Origin: Planctomycetota bacterium
GTDB lineage: Bacteria > Planctomycetota > UBA1135 > UBA2386
NCBI GenBank assembly: GCA_965223545.1
Contig: OZ245006.1
Span: 6,592,001-6,656,000 of the forward strand
Length of the DNA stretch: 64,000 nucleotides
Reading direction: 5' to 3'
Below the pieces are notes generated by a model. That model made no database searches and was not told where the DNA came from. It saw only the letters and a program-made list of their open reading frames with translations. A program made the position numbers and the translations under genes. Below are positions 29,154 through 39,114 of this stretch, in pieces; the stretch's first letter is position 1, and every line of letters begins with the position of its first letter.

Positions 29154-30389
29154 CTATCGCTGCCAGAGGATCTGCGCCAAGCCCAGCTTGCCGGCCGCGA
29201 ACCCGCCTTCGCAGTACGCCAGATAGAACTCCTGGGCGCGGAGGAATCGCTCGCCGTAGCCCCGGGCACGCAGCGCGAGCCGGTGTGTGTGGAGATTGTC
29301 CCGCCACTGCCGCAAAGTGCGGGCGTAGTGCGGGCCGAAGTCGCGCAGCGCGTGGATGCGCAGCCGCGAGCCGCGCGTCGCGGCCTGCGCGAGCGCCGTC
29401 ACCGAGGGGATGAAGCTGCCCGGAAACACGTGGCGTTTGATGAAGTCGACGCGCTGGCGCGCGGCCTCGTAGTCCCGGTCTCGGATCGTGATCGCCTGCA
29501 TCGCCATGCTGCCCCCGGGTGCGAGCAGGCGGTCACAGCAGGCGAAGAACCGGGGCAGGTATTGGTGGCCGACGGCCTCGACCATCTCCACCGAGACGAT
29601 CTTGTCGTAGCGGCCGGCGACGTCGCGGTAGTCCTGCAGGCGCACCTCGACGCGGTGGTCGAGGCCGGCGCGGGCGACGCGCCGTCGCGCCAGGTCGTGC
29701 TGCGCCGCGGACAGCGTGATGGTCGTCACCCGACAGCCGAAGCGGCCCGCGGCATGCACCGCGAGGCTGCCCCAGCCGGTGCCGATCTCGAGCAGATGGT
29801 CGGTGGGGCGCAGCCGGAGCAGACGGCACAGGCGCTCGAGCTTGGCGGTTTGCGCGTCGTGCAGGGTCGTGTCGGCGGTGGCGAACAGCGCGCAGGAGTA
29901 GGTCATCGACTCGTCCAGCAGCAGTTCGAAGTAGTCGTTGCCGACGTCGTAGTGTGCGGCGATGTTGGCGCGGCTGCCCGCCCGGCTGTTGCGGCGCAGG
30001 GCGTGGCGCAGCCGGCGCAAAGGTGCGGCCAGGGTGACGGCGCCGCGATCCAAGCGTGACAGCGTCGCCGGCCGGCGCGCCAGGGCGGTGGTCAGGGCGG
30101 CCAGATCGCGACAGTGCCAGAGGCCGTCGACGAAGGCCTCGGCCGCTCCGAGCGTGCCGCCGCACAAGACGCGTCGATAGAACGCGGGATCCTCGATCTC
30201 CAGCGAGAGGCGGGCGGGTCCACGCCCCAGCACCCAGCTCCGGCCGCTGAAGTGCTCACGCAGCTCGATGCCGTCGCCGTCGATCGCGCGGGCGCGGCGC
30301 AACAAGACGGAGCGCGCCAGCCGGGCGGCCGGCGGTGGGTGGGTCGCCGCAGCGGCCGAGGGTGCGCGTTGCGTCCCGAACTCGGTCAC
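29154..30389 (-). CDS. Cyclopropane-fatty-acyl synthase family methyltransferase (UfaM/UfaA1-like)
   Basis: NIAAHYDVGND, MTYSCA, LEIGTGWG, SVEMVEAVG, FIKRHVFPG, YLAYCEGGF; GTGA overlap with the upstream gene. Confidence 0.92.
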   Translation of the reverse strand: MTEFGTQRAPSAAAATHPPPAARLARSVLLRRARAIDGDGIELREHFSGRSWVLGRGPARLSLEIEDPAFYRRVLCGGTLGAAEAFVDGLWHCRDLAALTTALARRPATLSRLDRGAVTLAAPLRRLRHALRRNSRAGSRANIAAHYDVGNDYFELLLDESMTYSCALFATADTTLHDAQTAKLERLCRLLRLRPTDHLLEIGTGWGSLAVHAAGRFGCRVTTITLSAAQHDLARRRVARAGLDHRVEVRLQDYRDVAGRYDKIVSVEMVEAVGHQYLPRFFACCDRLLAPGGSMAMQAITIRDRDYEAARQRVDFIKRHVFPGSFIPSVTALAQAATRGSRLRIHALRDFGPHYARTLRQWRDNLHTHRLALRARGYGERFLRAQEFYLAYCEGGFAAGKLGLAQILWQR

Positions 30390-31186
30390 GGTGGGCTCCC
30401 CGATGCGGTGGACGGGTGCGGGTTTCGGTGCACGGGCACGCGCTTCAACCAAAGGCGGAGCGCCTGCCAGTGGATGCCGAACGTGATCTTGGCGGTCATC
30501 CACGGATGCCGCGTGAGCGCTCTCGCCAGACTGCCGCCGGTGATCGGCTGCCGTCGCAGCGCGAGCGTCGTGTCGAGCACCAGTTGGCTTTCCGAGTGGC
30601 ACCGCATGTGCACGCCGAGCCGGGTCCCCGGCGTGCCGAATCGCCAGTCGTAGTCCTGACGCATGCTCAGAAACGGCGAGACGTGGAACTCCTTGTCGAA
30701 GCGACGACGAAGGTTCGCAGCGCTGTCGCCCGCGGGCCGGTCGACGGCGTAGTCGTGCCGTTGCTGCCACGGCGTGTTGGTGATTTCGGCGAGGACGGTC
30801 TGCAGGGACTCATCTCGGTCGAAGCAGTAGTAGAACGTCACCGGGTTGAAGCAGTAGCCCCAGTAGCGCGGTTGGGTCAGCATCCTGATCGGCCCGCGCG
30901 GCCGCCGGCCGGTGTGCTCCTCGACGCGACGAGAGACGGCCTCGCGCAACGGCAGGTCGTGGGGCGCCAGGTAGTCGCGGCGCCGGATCCAAGCCGGGGC
31001 CGGCTTCTCGGTCGACCACAGCCACCGGTCATCGAAGACGCGCTCCAGTTCGTCGAGGTCCAGGTAGACCGCGAACAGCGCGTAGCGGAACTCGTGCCGC
31101 ACCGGCCGGTGGCGTCGGTGGCGCACGCAGCCGCGGTAGATCGCGCTGTGCCGGCCCGCGGCGGCGGAGAGGGGCGCCGTGCTCAC
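30386..31186 (-). CDS. DUF1365 family protein (UfaO-like)
   Basis: HRRHRP, FNPVTFYYC, AEITNTPW, KEFHVSPF, IHWQALRLWLK. Confidence 0.9.
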   Translation of the reverse strand: MSTAPLSAAAGRHSAIYRGCVRHRRHRPVRHEFRYALFAVYLDLDELERVFDDRWLWSTEKPAPAWIRRRDYLAPHDLPLREAVSRRVEEHTGRRPRGPIRMLTQPRYWGYCFNPVTFYYCFDRDESLQTVLAEITNTPWQQRHDYAVDRPAGDSAANLRRRFDKEFHVSPFLSMRQDYDWRFGTPGTRLGVHMRCHSESQLVLDTTLALRRQPITGGSLARALTRHPWMTAKITFGIHWQALRLWLKRVPVHRNPHPSTASGSPP

Positions 31187-32499
31187 GCGGCGTCTCCCTC
31201 CGCCAGCGGCACCTCGTCGACGCCCAGGGCGCGGCAGACCGCGAGGGCCGCGCGCACTCCGTCCTCGTGAAAGCCGTAGCCGCACCACGCACCGCAAAGC
31301 CAGACGCCGCCGCCGCCGTTGATCCGCGGCAAGAGCGCGCGCTGCCGCAGGCCGTCCACGGTGAACACCGGGTGCGCGTAGCGCGCGCGATGCAACACTC
31401 TGTCGGCGGCGATGCCCTCCGCTCGGTTGAGCGTGACGCAGAACCGCACCGGTGCCGAGAGCTGCTGCAACCGGGTCAGGTCGTAGGTCACGGTGGCGTG
31501 GTCGGCGCCTTCGTGCAGGTGGTAGTTCCAGGCAGCGCGCGCTGCCTGGCGGCGTGGCAGCATCCGCTCGTCGACGTGCAGCACCGCGTCGTTCTCCTGA
31601 TAGGGCACGGCAGCGAGGACCCGCTGTTCGCTGGCCGACGGGTCGGCCAGCAGCGCGAGCGAGCGGTCGCTGTGAGTGGCGAGCACGGCGGCGTCGAAGT
31701 CGCGCGGCCCCCGCGCCGTGTGCACGCGGACGCCGCGCGCCTGCCGCTGCACGCGCGTCACCGGCGTGGATAGCAGGAGCTCGCCGCGGAAGCGCTGCAG
31801 GAGCGCGTCAACGTAGGTCTTGGCGCCGCCGCGCACGACGTGCCAGGTCGGCCGGCCGCGCACCGCGAGCATGCCGTGGTTGTGAAAGAAGCGGACCACG
31901 AAGGAGATCGGCATCGCCCGCATCTGATCCGCCCGCGCCGACCAGATCGCCGACCCCATCGGCAGCAGATAGTGTGAGCCGAAGGCGCGGCCGAATCCGG
32001 CCTCGCGGAGGTAGTCGTCCACGGTGAGGCCGTCGCCGCCGCCGCGCAGCAGGGCGGGGGCCTCGCGGTGAAACCGGTGGATGTCGCCCAGCATGCCGTA
32101 GAACCACGGCCGCACGAGATTGCGACGTTGCGCGAACAGCCCGCGCAGCCCGCTGCCGCAGTACTCCACACCGGTGCGCTCGCAGCGCACGCTGAAGCTC
32201 ATCTCGCTCGGTTGGCTGAGCACTGCCAGCTCGTCGAGCAGGCCGCGGAAGCGCGGATAGGTGCGGTCGTTGAAGACGATGAAGCCAGTGTCGATCGCGT
32301 AGCGCTCACCGGCCCAACGCACCGCCACGGTGTTGGTGTGGCCACCCAGCCTGGGTGCTGCCTCGATCAGGGTGACGCGATACCGGCGCTGCAGATAGTG
32401 CGCGCACACGAGGCCACTGACGCCGGCGCCGACGACGGCGATCGCAGCGCCGGCGGGCGGCACAGTGGTGGCATGCGGGTGTTGGCCGGGGAGGTGCAC
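31183..32499 (-). CDS. FAD-dependent oxidoreductase/desaturase (UfaD-like)
   Basis: IAVVGAGVSGL, RLGGHTNT, DTGFIVFNDRTYP, GAWCGYGFHEDG. Start may be GTG 32463. Confidence 0.9.
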   Translation of the reverse strand: MHLPGQHPHATTVPPAGAAIAVVGAGVSGLVCAHYLQRRYRVTLIEAAPRLGGHTNTVAVRWAGERYAIDTGFIVFNDRTYPRFRGLLDELAVLSQPSEMSFSVRCERTGVEYCGSGLRGLFAQRRNLVRPWFYGMLGDIHRFHREAPALLRGGGDGLTVDDYLREAGFGRAFGSHYLLPMGSAIWSARADQMRAMPISFVVRFFHNHGMLAVRGRPTWHVVRGGAKTYVDALLQRFRGELLLSTPVTRVQRQARGVRVHTARGPRDFDAAVLATHSDRSLALLADPSASEQRVLAAVPYQENDAVLHVDERMLPRRQAARAAWNYHLHEGADHATVTYDLTRLQQLSAPVRFCVTLNRAEGIAADRVLHRARYAHPVFTVDGLRQRALLPRINGGGGVWLCGAWCGYGFHEDGVRAALAVCRALGVDEVPLAEGDAA

Positions 32500-32529
32500 G
32501 GTTCCAAAGCTGGGCTCGTGCCCGGAGCG

Positions 32530-32556
32530 TTCGCCCTGGACGTGGCGGCGGTTGCA
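32530..32556 (-). promoter_or_regulatory. ECF-type promoter TGCAACC-N16-CGAA for the leftward operon
   Basis: Matches the motifs at 32580-32605 and 35634-35660. Confidence 0.65.
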
Positions 32557-32579
32557 GCAAAAAAACAGCGGGCGCCCGC

Positions 32580-32605
32580 TGCATCCGCGCGCCCGCTCCG
32601 ACGAA
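32580..32605 (+). promoter_or_regulatory. ECF-type promoter TGCATCC-N15-CGAA for the DUF1295 operon
   Basis: Same motif, 9 nt before GTG 32615. Confidence 0.6.
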
Positions 32606-32614
32606 AGGCAGGTC

Positions 32615-33439
32615 GTGGCAGACGGAATCACGCTGCAACCACCTCCCTGGATCCTCCTTCTCCACGTCTGGCTGGCGGGTGTGGTGGTCATGGCGTTGCT
32701 GTGGTGGCGGCAGCTGCGCACCGGCGACGCCACCGTCGTCGACGTGGCTTGGAGCGCGCTACTCGGTGGTGCTGCGCTCTACTACTGCTGGCGTAGCGAT
32801 GGCGCGCCGGCCCAGCGGTGGCTCGTCGTAGGTGTCGGCGGCCTCTGGTCGGCGCGTCTGACGTGGCACCTTGCCGCTGACCGGCTCGGCGGCGAGGAGG
32901 ACGGCCGCTACCGCGCCCTGCGCCGCCACTGGGGGGCCGGCGCGCCCCTCCACTTCGCCTGGTTCTTTCAGCTGCAGGCCGCGGCGGCGGCCGTGCTCTC
33001 GGTTCCGTTCTTGCTGGCGGCGGCCAACCCGCACCCGCTGAGTGCGGTGCAGGGCGCGGGGGTTGGGCTCGTCGTTCTGGGCGTTGCCGGTGAATCGGTC
33101 GCCGACGCTCAGCTGGCGCGCTTCCGGCGCGATCCGGCGTCGCGTGGCCGGGCGTGCCGGAGTGGGCTGTGGCGCTACAGTCGGCATCCGAACTACTTCT
33201 TCGAGTGGGTCGTGTGGTGCGGTTTCGCCGTGCTCGCGCTGCCGGCTCCGTACGGGGTGGTCGCGCTGCTCGCGCCGGTCGTCATGTACGTCTTGGTGCG
33301 TTGGGTGAGCGGCATCCCGCACACCGAGGCCCAGGCGCTGCGGTCGCGCGGCGACGACTATCGCGCGTATCAGGCCGAGACCAACGCGTTCTTCCCCGGG
33401 CCGGCGCGCGGCGGCCCGACTGCCGAGGCAGCTTCGTGA
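32615..33439 (+). CDS. DUF1295 (steroid 5-alpha-reductase-like) membrane protein
   Basis: [48 protein letters not shown]. Confidence 0.9.
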   Translation: MADGITLQPPPWILLLHVWLAGVVVMALLWWRQLRTGDATVVDVAWSALLGGAALYYCWRSDGAPAQRWLVVGVGGLWSARLTWHLAADRLGGEEDGRYRALRRHWGAGAPLHFAWFFQLQAAAAAVLSVPFLLAAANPHPLSAVQGAGVGLVVLGVAGESVADAQLARFRRDPASRGRACRSGLWRYSRHPNYFFEWVVWCGFAVLALPAPYGVVALLAPVVMYVLVRWVSGIPHTEAQALRSRGDDYRAYQAETNAFFPGPARGGPTAEAAS

Positions 33440-34464
33440 GCGTCGCCATGGGCTTGCTGGAGCGCGGCCTTCTGCCGGATTGGGTGGTGCGTGCCGGCAT
33501 TCGCCAGCGATTGCGACGGCGGCTCCGTCGCGAGCAGAGTGGAGGCATCGAGGCCCAGCAGCAGGGGATTTCGGCGTGGATCCACGAACTCGACCACAGT
33601 CCGATTGCCGTGGGAGTCGAGGCCGCGAACCGCCAGCACTACGAGGTGACGCCCGCGTTCTTCGCTTCCGTGCTCGGCCCGCGCATGAAGTACAGCTGCG
33701 GGCTGTGGTCGGACGACCATGCCGACCTCGGCCGTGCCGAGGAGGCGATGCTCGACCTCACCGCGAAGCGCGGTCTGCTGGTCGATGGCATGGACGTCCT
33801 CGACCTGGGCTGCGGCTGGGGCTCGCTGTCGCTGTGGATCGCGGAGCACTACCCGCGGTGCCGCGTGCTGGCGGTCTCCAACTCGGCCGCCCAGCGGCAG
33901 TGGATCGAGCAGCGGCGGGCGGAGGTCGGGGCCACGAACCTCGAGGTCGTCACCTGCGACGTCAGTACGTTCGAGGTCGACCGGCGTTTCGACCGGGTGT
34001 TCTCGGTCGAGATGTTCGAGCACCTGCGCAACTATCGCGAGCTGCTGCGCCGCGTTGCCGGCATGCTCGCCGACGACGGCCGGCTGTTCGTGCACGTCTT
34101 CGCCCATCGCGAGCTGGCCTATCCGTTCGAGGCGGCGCGCGACGACGACTGGATGGCGCGCGAGTTCTTCACCGGGGGACAGATGCCCGCGGATCGGCTG
34201 TTGCTCTACTTTCAGGATCACCTGCAGATCGAGCAGCACTGGCGCGTCGACGGTCGGCACTACCAGCGAACGGCGGAGGCGTGGTTGCAGAACCTCGATC
34301 GCAACCGCGCCGCGCTGCGGCCGATCCTGGCCGAGGTCTACGGCGAGCGCGGCGCGCGGATGGAGCACGCCTGGCGGACCTTCTTCATGGCGTGCGCCGA
34401 GCTCTGGGGTTATCGCTCGGGGCAGGAGTGGCACGTGTCCCACTACCGTTTCCGCCGCCGGTGA
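33436..34464 (+). CDS. Second Cfa-like SAM-dependent methyltransferase
   Basis: [50 protein letters not shown]. Confidence 0.9.
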   Translation: MSVAMGLLERGLLPDWVVRAGIRQRLRRRLRREQSGGIEAQQQGISAWIHELDHSPIAVGVEAANRQHYEVTPAFFASVLGPRMKYSCGLWSDDHADLGRAEEAMLDLTAKRGLLVDGMDVLDLGCGWGSLSLWIAEHYPRCRVLAVSNSAAQRQWIEQRRAEVGATNLEVVTCDVSTFEVDRRFDRVFSVEMFEHLRNYRELLRRVAGMLADDGRLFVHVFAHRELAYPFEAARDDDWMAREFFTGGQMPADRLLLYFQDHLQIEQHWRVDGRHYQRTAEAWLQNLDRNRAALRPILAEVYGERGARMEHAWRTFFMACAELWGYRSGQEWHVSHYRFRRR

Positions 34465-34499
34465 GCACGCGGTCGTGAGCCCGCGGTGGGCGTGGCCGA

Positions 34500-35558
34500 T
34501 CACCTCTGCACCAGCGTCGTCCCGGCGGCGACCGCGTCGGCGGGGTCGGTGGCCATCGCGTCGGCGCCGACGCGGCGCCAGAGGTCGGCCACCGCCAGGT
34601 AGGGCGGGCCGCCGACGAGGATCGGAAGGGCCTTCGTGTCGGTCGCCGAGCGCACCGCCGCGATGAGATCGGCAGTGGCCGACAGGTGCAGGGTCATCGT
34701 GGTGGAGACTGCCAGTAGGTCCGCTTCGAAGTGCTGCACGGCCGCGGCGACGTCGAGGCCGGGGATGCCGGTGCCGACGTGCACGGCCGTCCAGCCGTCC
34801 AGCTCGAATGCGTCCTTGATCATGCGGATTCCGAGCTCGTGCAGGTTGCCGGTCGCCGCCACGGTGAGTACGCGGCGGCCGCAACCGGGCTGGCACGGCG
34901 CCGCGTTGCGAATCGCGGCCATCGCGCGCTCGACCACGTGCGAGGCGTAGTGCTCTTCGGCGGTGTGGACCTCCGCCATCTGCCACATCCGTCCGATCTC
35001 GCTCTGTACCAACGTCAGGACTTCGTGGGCCCTTGCCACTGGCAAACCGTCCGCGACCGCGTCGCGCAGGATCGCGACGGCGTCGTCGGCCCGGGTCTCG
35101 AGCGCGGCGAGCAAGAAGGGGCGCGCGAGTGCGGTGATCTGGGTGTCCGGCGCCAGCAGGCTCGGCAGCTGCGCGGGTGCTGCGGCCAGAGATGCTGCCG
35201 CAGCGCGGGCTGCTTCCGCGGCCCGCTGCGCGACCTCGGCGGGCAGCGTCCGGGCCAAGCGCACCGCGATGCCCTCGAGGGTCATCGCCAAGTACTCGGC
35301 AGGCACGTCGCGCGCGGCCTGTGCCACCTTGTCCCACGCGGCTTGTCGCGACAGCAGAACGGGGCAGTCGGCGGCCACCGCTTCGGCGGTGAACAGCAGG
35401 CGCGTGGCGACGTCGTCGTGCGGATCGGCGAAGGCGCGCGGCACATCGCGATCGATCAGCTCCGGACGCCGTGTGCGCATCCAGTCGACGACGGCGGCTG
35501 CGTGCGCGCGCTGGCCCGCGCGAATCAGCTGCGCCGCGAACCTGCCATTCGGATCCAT
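34500..35558 (-). CDS. Cobalamin-binding domain protein without DNA-binding domain; helical N-terminal domain
   Basis: Cap motif W-x9-EH (WQMAEVHTAEEH), GNLHELG, LLAVS, ILVGG. Confidence 0.85.
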   Translation of the reverse strand: MDPNGRFAAQLIRAGQRAHAAAVVDWMRTRRPELIDRDVPRAFADPHDDVATRLLFTAEAVAADCPVLLSRQAAWDKVAQAARDVPAEYLAMTLEGIAVRLARTLPAEVAQRAAEAARAAAASLAAAPAQLPSLLAPDTQITALARPFLLAALETRADDAVAILRDAVADGLPVARAHEVLTLVQSEIGRMWQMAEVHTAEEHYASHVVERAMAAIRNAAPCQPGCGRRVLTVAATGNLHELGIRMIKDAFELDGWTAVHVGTGIPGLDVAAAVQHFEADLLAVSTTMTLHLSATADLIAAVRSATDTKALPILVGGPPYLAVADLWRRVGADAMATDPADAVAAGTTLVQR

Positions 35559-35633
35559 CGACCCGGTGTAGCACGCGGCGCGTCGAGCCCGCAACCGATT
35601 TGGGGGGGTGTCAGGATCGATGCCGGCGAAACC

Positions 35634-35660
35634 TGCATCCGCGCCGCCGTCGCTGGCGAA
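35634..35660 (+). promoter_or_regulatory. ECF-type promoter TGCATCC-N16-CGAA for fasciclin and possibly sigma/anti-sigma
   Basis: Third copy of the motif, 13 nt upstream of ATG 35674. Confidence 0.65.
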
Positions 35661-35673
35661 CCCCTTGTCGACC

Positions 35674-36591
35674 ATGAAACACTCACCTCTCTTGCTCGCT
35701 GGAGCGACGTTCTTGTTCTCGATCACCGGCAACGCGCAGAGCTCCTGCACGGATGGCACAGGACACAAGTCCGGAGACCTGGTGGAGGTGGCGACCAAGG
35801 CCGGCTCCTTCGGTACTCTGGTCGCCGCGCTCGAGGCCGCAGACCTGGTCGAGACGCTGCGCGGCGACGCGCACTTCACAGTCTTCGCGCCGACCGATGC
35901 CGCGTTCGAGCGTCTCGGCCGCGATACCGTGCACCAGCTGCTGCAGCCCCAGAACCGCGATCGCTTGCGCGCGATCCTCACCTATCACGTCGTCCCCGGA
36001 TCGGTGGATTCGAAGCACGTCGTGGCGGCCAAGGAGCTGCACACGGTCAACGGCGCGGCGCTCGCCGTGCACGCCGGCGACGAGGTGCGCGTTGGCGGGG
36101 CCAAGGTCCTCAAGGTCGACATCGCCGCCAGCAATGGGACCATCCACGTCATCGACCACGTGCTGACACCGCCGGAGGCCCCTGCCGACCTCATCGACGT
36201 CGCTCAGCGGGCCGGCAACTTCGGCACGCTGATCACGGCGGCGCGTGCCGCCGGTCTCGATGCCGCGTTGCGCGGCGACGGACCGTTCACCGTCCTCGCC
36301 CCGACCGATGCCGCATTTGCCCAACTCGGTGAAGAGCAGATCGGTGCGCTCTTGAAGCCGGAGAACATCGAGCGGTTGCAGGCAATCCTCAAGCTTCACG
36401 TCGTTGCCGGTGGGTTGAGCGCGCGCGACGCCGTGCGCGCCGGCAAGGCAGAGACGCTGCAGGGTGGCAAGGTCGCCTTCGAGATCGTCGATGGGCAGCT
36501 GCGCGCCGGCGGTGCGGCGGTGATCCGCAACGACCTGCAAGCCAGCAACGGCGTCATCCACGTCATCGACACGGTCTTGCTGCCCGAGTGA
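35674..36591 (+). CDS. Secreted double fasciclin (FAS1) domain protein
   Basis: Two FTVxAPTDAAF ... NGxIHVIDxVL domains, signal peptide. Confidence 0.95.
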   Translation: MKHSPLLLAGATFLFSITGNAQSSCTDGTGHKSGDLVEVATKAGSFGTLVAALEAADLVETLRGDAHFTVFAPTDAAFERLGRDTVHQLLQPQNRDRLRAILTYHVVPGSVDSKHVVAAKELHTVNGAALAVHAGDEVRVGGAKVLKVDIAASNGTIHVIDHVLTPPEAPADLIDVAQRAGNFGTLITAARAAGLDAALRGDGPFTVLAPTDAAFAQLGEEQIGALLKPENIERLQAILKLHVVAGGLSARDAVRAGKAETLQGGKVAFEIVDGQLRAGGAAVIRNDLQASNGVIHVIDTVLLPE

Positions 36592-36690
36592 CCGCGCGGC
36601 GGAACCGTGCCCATCGCCGCCCGAAGCACGGCGTGCTTGAGACCGGGTTGGCCTCGTCATCTAATGCCCGCACCGTGCCTCGGGCCCAGT

Positions 36691-37254
36691 ATGAGTGACG
36701 ATCTGCTGCCGAAGGTTGCCGCCGGTGATGCCGCCGCCGTCGAGCAGTGCCTGCGCCGCTACAGCGGTCGCGTGTGGGCACTGGCGCTGCGCGCCTGTGC
36801 GGATGCGCAAGATGCCGAGGATGTCGTGCAGGAGATCTTTGTCGAGCTCTGGCGGTCGGCGGCGCGCTTCGACGCGGGCGTGGCTTCCGAGCTGACCTTC
36901 GTGCTCACCATCGCACGCCGGCGGTTGGTCGACCGCGTCCGCCGCCGCGGCCGCCGCCCGGTGGTCGAGAGCTTGGAGTCGGGCGGACCGGCGGCCGAGG
37001 CCGATGACCACGGCGGAATGGCCAACCTCGAGCAGTCGGACGAGCTGACTCGCGCCCGTGGCGCGCTGCAGCAGCTGCGGCCCGAGCAGCGCCGGGTATT
37101 GGAGATGGCCCTGGTCGATGGGCACACCCATCAGGAGATCGCGGCGCACATCGGCATCCCGCTGGGCACGGTCAAGAGTCACGCACGGCGGGGACTGATG
37201 CGAGTGCGTGAAATGCTCGGCGTGGACCGCTCCGAGCCGGGAGGTGCGCGATGA
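36691..37254 (+). CDS. ECF sigma factor (SigK-like)
   Basis: DAEDVVQEIFVELWRSAARFD, THQEIA...PLGTVKSHARRG. Confidence 0.92.
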   Translation: MSDDLLPKVAAGDAAAVEQCLRRYSGRVWALALRACADAQDAEDVVQEIFVELWRSAARFDAGVASELTFVLTIARRRLVDRVRRRGRRPVVESLESGGPAAEADDHGGMANLEQSDELTRARGALQQLRPEQRRVLEMALVDGHTHQEIAAHIGIPLGTVKSHARRGLMRVREMLGVDRSEPGGAR

Positions 37255-38048
37255 GTGGGCACCGGGACGACGATCTCCAGGCTCAGCTGCTCGATGCGGC
37301 AGTGTTCGCTCACGATGCAGCCGTGGGTGAAGCAGCCGAGCGCGCCGCCCTCGCCGCGGGCGACGCGGCGCGCCAGCACATGGCGGAGTGGGAGGGCTGC
37401 GCCGCCTTGGTCGCGGGCGCGATGGTCGAGTCCGCGGTGGAGCCGGTGCCGAGCCACTTGTGGCAGCGCCTGCGCGGTGACGCGATGGCCGCGGTGGCCG
37501 AGCTGCAGCAAGTCCAGCCTCGACAGCGGGACATCGCCGATGCGGCGCCAGCGTCGCCGCGCACTGCGCTGCGCTGGTTCTCGTGGGCGGCGATCGTCAC
37601 CGCCACTGCGGTGCTCGCTTGGTCGATGGGGGCGCGCCGGGCCGCGCCGCAGTCGCCGCAGGTCGAGCGTGCCGCGATGCTGGCGGCGGAGCCCGACCTG
37701 ACCCCCCTCGACTGGGGTGCCGGACCCAACCCGGCCGGTGCCGGGATCAGCGGGGACGTGGTCTGGTCCGTGCGCGAGCAGCGCGGATTCCTGCGGCTGA
37801 GAGGCCTGCGCAGCAACGATCCCGCGCGCGCCCAGTACCAGCTTTGGATCGTCGACGCCGCGCGCGGCATGCCGCCGGTGGACGGCGGCGTGTTCGACGT
37901 TCCCGCCGGCGGCGGGGAGCTGGTCGTGCCGATCGACGCAAAGTTGTCGATCGCCGAGGCCCAGCTGTTCGTCATCACCGAAGAACCGCCGGGTGGAGTG
38001 GTCGTCTCCGAGCGCGGCGATCGCGTCGTCGCCGTCGCCGGCGGCTGA
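37251..38048 (+). CDS. RskA-family anti-sigma factor
   Basis: ATGA overlap, TM helix, QYQLW, FVITEEPPGG. Confidence 0.88.
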   Translation: MSGHRDDDLQAQLLDAAVFAHDAAVGEAAERAALAAGDAARQHMAEWEGCAALVAGAMVESAVEPVPSHLWQRLRGDAMAAVAELQQVQPRQRDIADAAPASPRTALRWFSWAAIVTATAVLAWSMGARRAAPQSPQVERAAMLAAEPDLTPLDWGAGPNPAGAGISGDVVWSVREQRGFLRLRGLRSNDPARAQYQLWIVDAARGMPPVDGGVFDVPAGGGELVVPIDAKLSIAEAQLFVITEEPPGGVVVSERGDRVVAVAGG

Positions 38049-38118
38049 GGGGCGTGCGCGACGCCGTGGCGAAATCGGCTGTTCGAATAACCCGCTGGCT
38101 CTAGAGTTAGCGGCGATC

Positions 38119-39114
38119 ATGAGTATTCGCAACAAACTGCGCCCGCTGCGCCGCGGCTCGGGCCCCAGCCCGCGGATCATCGGGGCCGTGGCGCTGGGGT
38201 TGTTCGTGGTGGCCGGTTTCCTGTCGGCCTACTACACCATCCCGGCGGAGTCCGAGGGCGTCGTGCTCCGGTTCGGCCGTTACACCAAGACGGTTCCGTC
38301 GGGCCTGCACTTCAAGATTCCGTTCGGGGTCGACGTCGTCGAAGTCGTGCCGGTCAAGCGGCAGCTCAAGCAGGAGTTCGGCTTCGCCACCCCCGGTGCC
38401 ACCAACCCGTGGCAGCACAGCGGTCGCAACGAGTGGAACGACGAGAAGGCGATGGTGACCGGCGACCTCAACGCCGCGCTGGTCGAGTGGGTCGTCCAGT
38501 ACCGCATCGAGCGGCCCGAGCACTACTTGTTCAAGGTGCGCAACGCCGACGCGACGCTGCGCGATGCCTCGGAGAGCGTGATGCGGGAGGTGGTTGGCGA
38601 TCGCACCGTGGACGAGGTGATCACCATCGGTCGCCAGGGCATCGAGGACGAGGCCCTGCAGCGGCTGCAGACGCTGGTCGCCAGCTACGAGATGGGGATC
38701 CGCATCGACCAGGTGCAGCTCAAGAACGTCAACCCGCCGGAGCGAGTGCAGGCGTCGTTCAACTTGGTCAACCAGGCGCAGCAGGAGCGCGAGCGGTCGA
38801 TCAACATCGCGAACGGTGAGTACAACAAGTCGATCCCGCGTGCCCGGGGCGAGGCGGACCAGCAGATCCGCGCCGCCGAGGGCTATGCCAAGAAGCGCAT
38901 CAACGAGGCCGAGGGTGACGTCGCGGCGTTTCTCGCGCTGTTGACGGAGTTCAACAAGGCGCCCGAGGTGACGCGGCGGCGCATCTACTTGGAGACGATG
39001 GGCGAGGTTCTGGCCAACGTGCGCCACAAGGTCATCGTCGATGAGAACACCAAGGGCCTGCTGCCGCTGCTCAATCTCGGCGGGGTCGGGTCGCAGCCAG
39101 GAGGGCAACAGTGA
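38119..39114 (+). CDS. hflK: FtsH modulator HflK
   Basis: GVVLRFG, MVTGDLN, IPRARGEA, APEVTRRRIYLETM. Confidence 0.93.
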   Translation: MSIRNKLRPLRRGSGPSPRIIGAVALGLFVVAGFLSAYYTIPAESEGVVLRFGRYTKTVPSGLHFKIPFGVDVVEVVPVKRQLKQEFGFATPGATNPWQHSGRNEWNDEKAMVTGDLNAALVEWVVQYRIERPEHYLFKVRNADATLRDASESVMREVVGDRTVDEVITIGRQGIEDEALQRLQTLVASYEMGIRIDQVQLKNVNPPERVQASFNLVNQAQQERERSINIANGEYNKSIPRARGEADQQIRAAEGYAKKRINEAEGDVAAFLALLTEFNKAPEVTRRRIYLETMGEVLANVRHKVIVDENTKGLLPLLNLGGVGSQPGGQQ

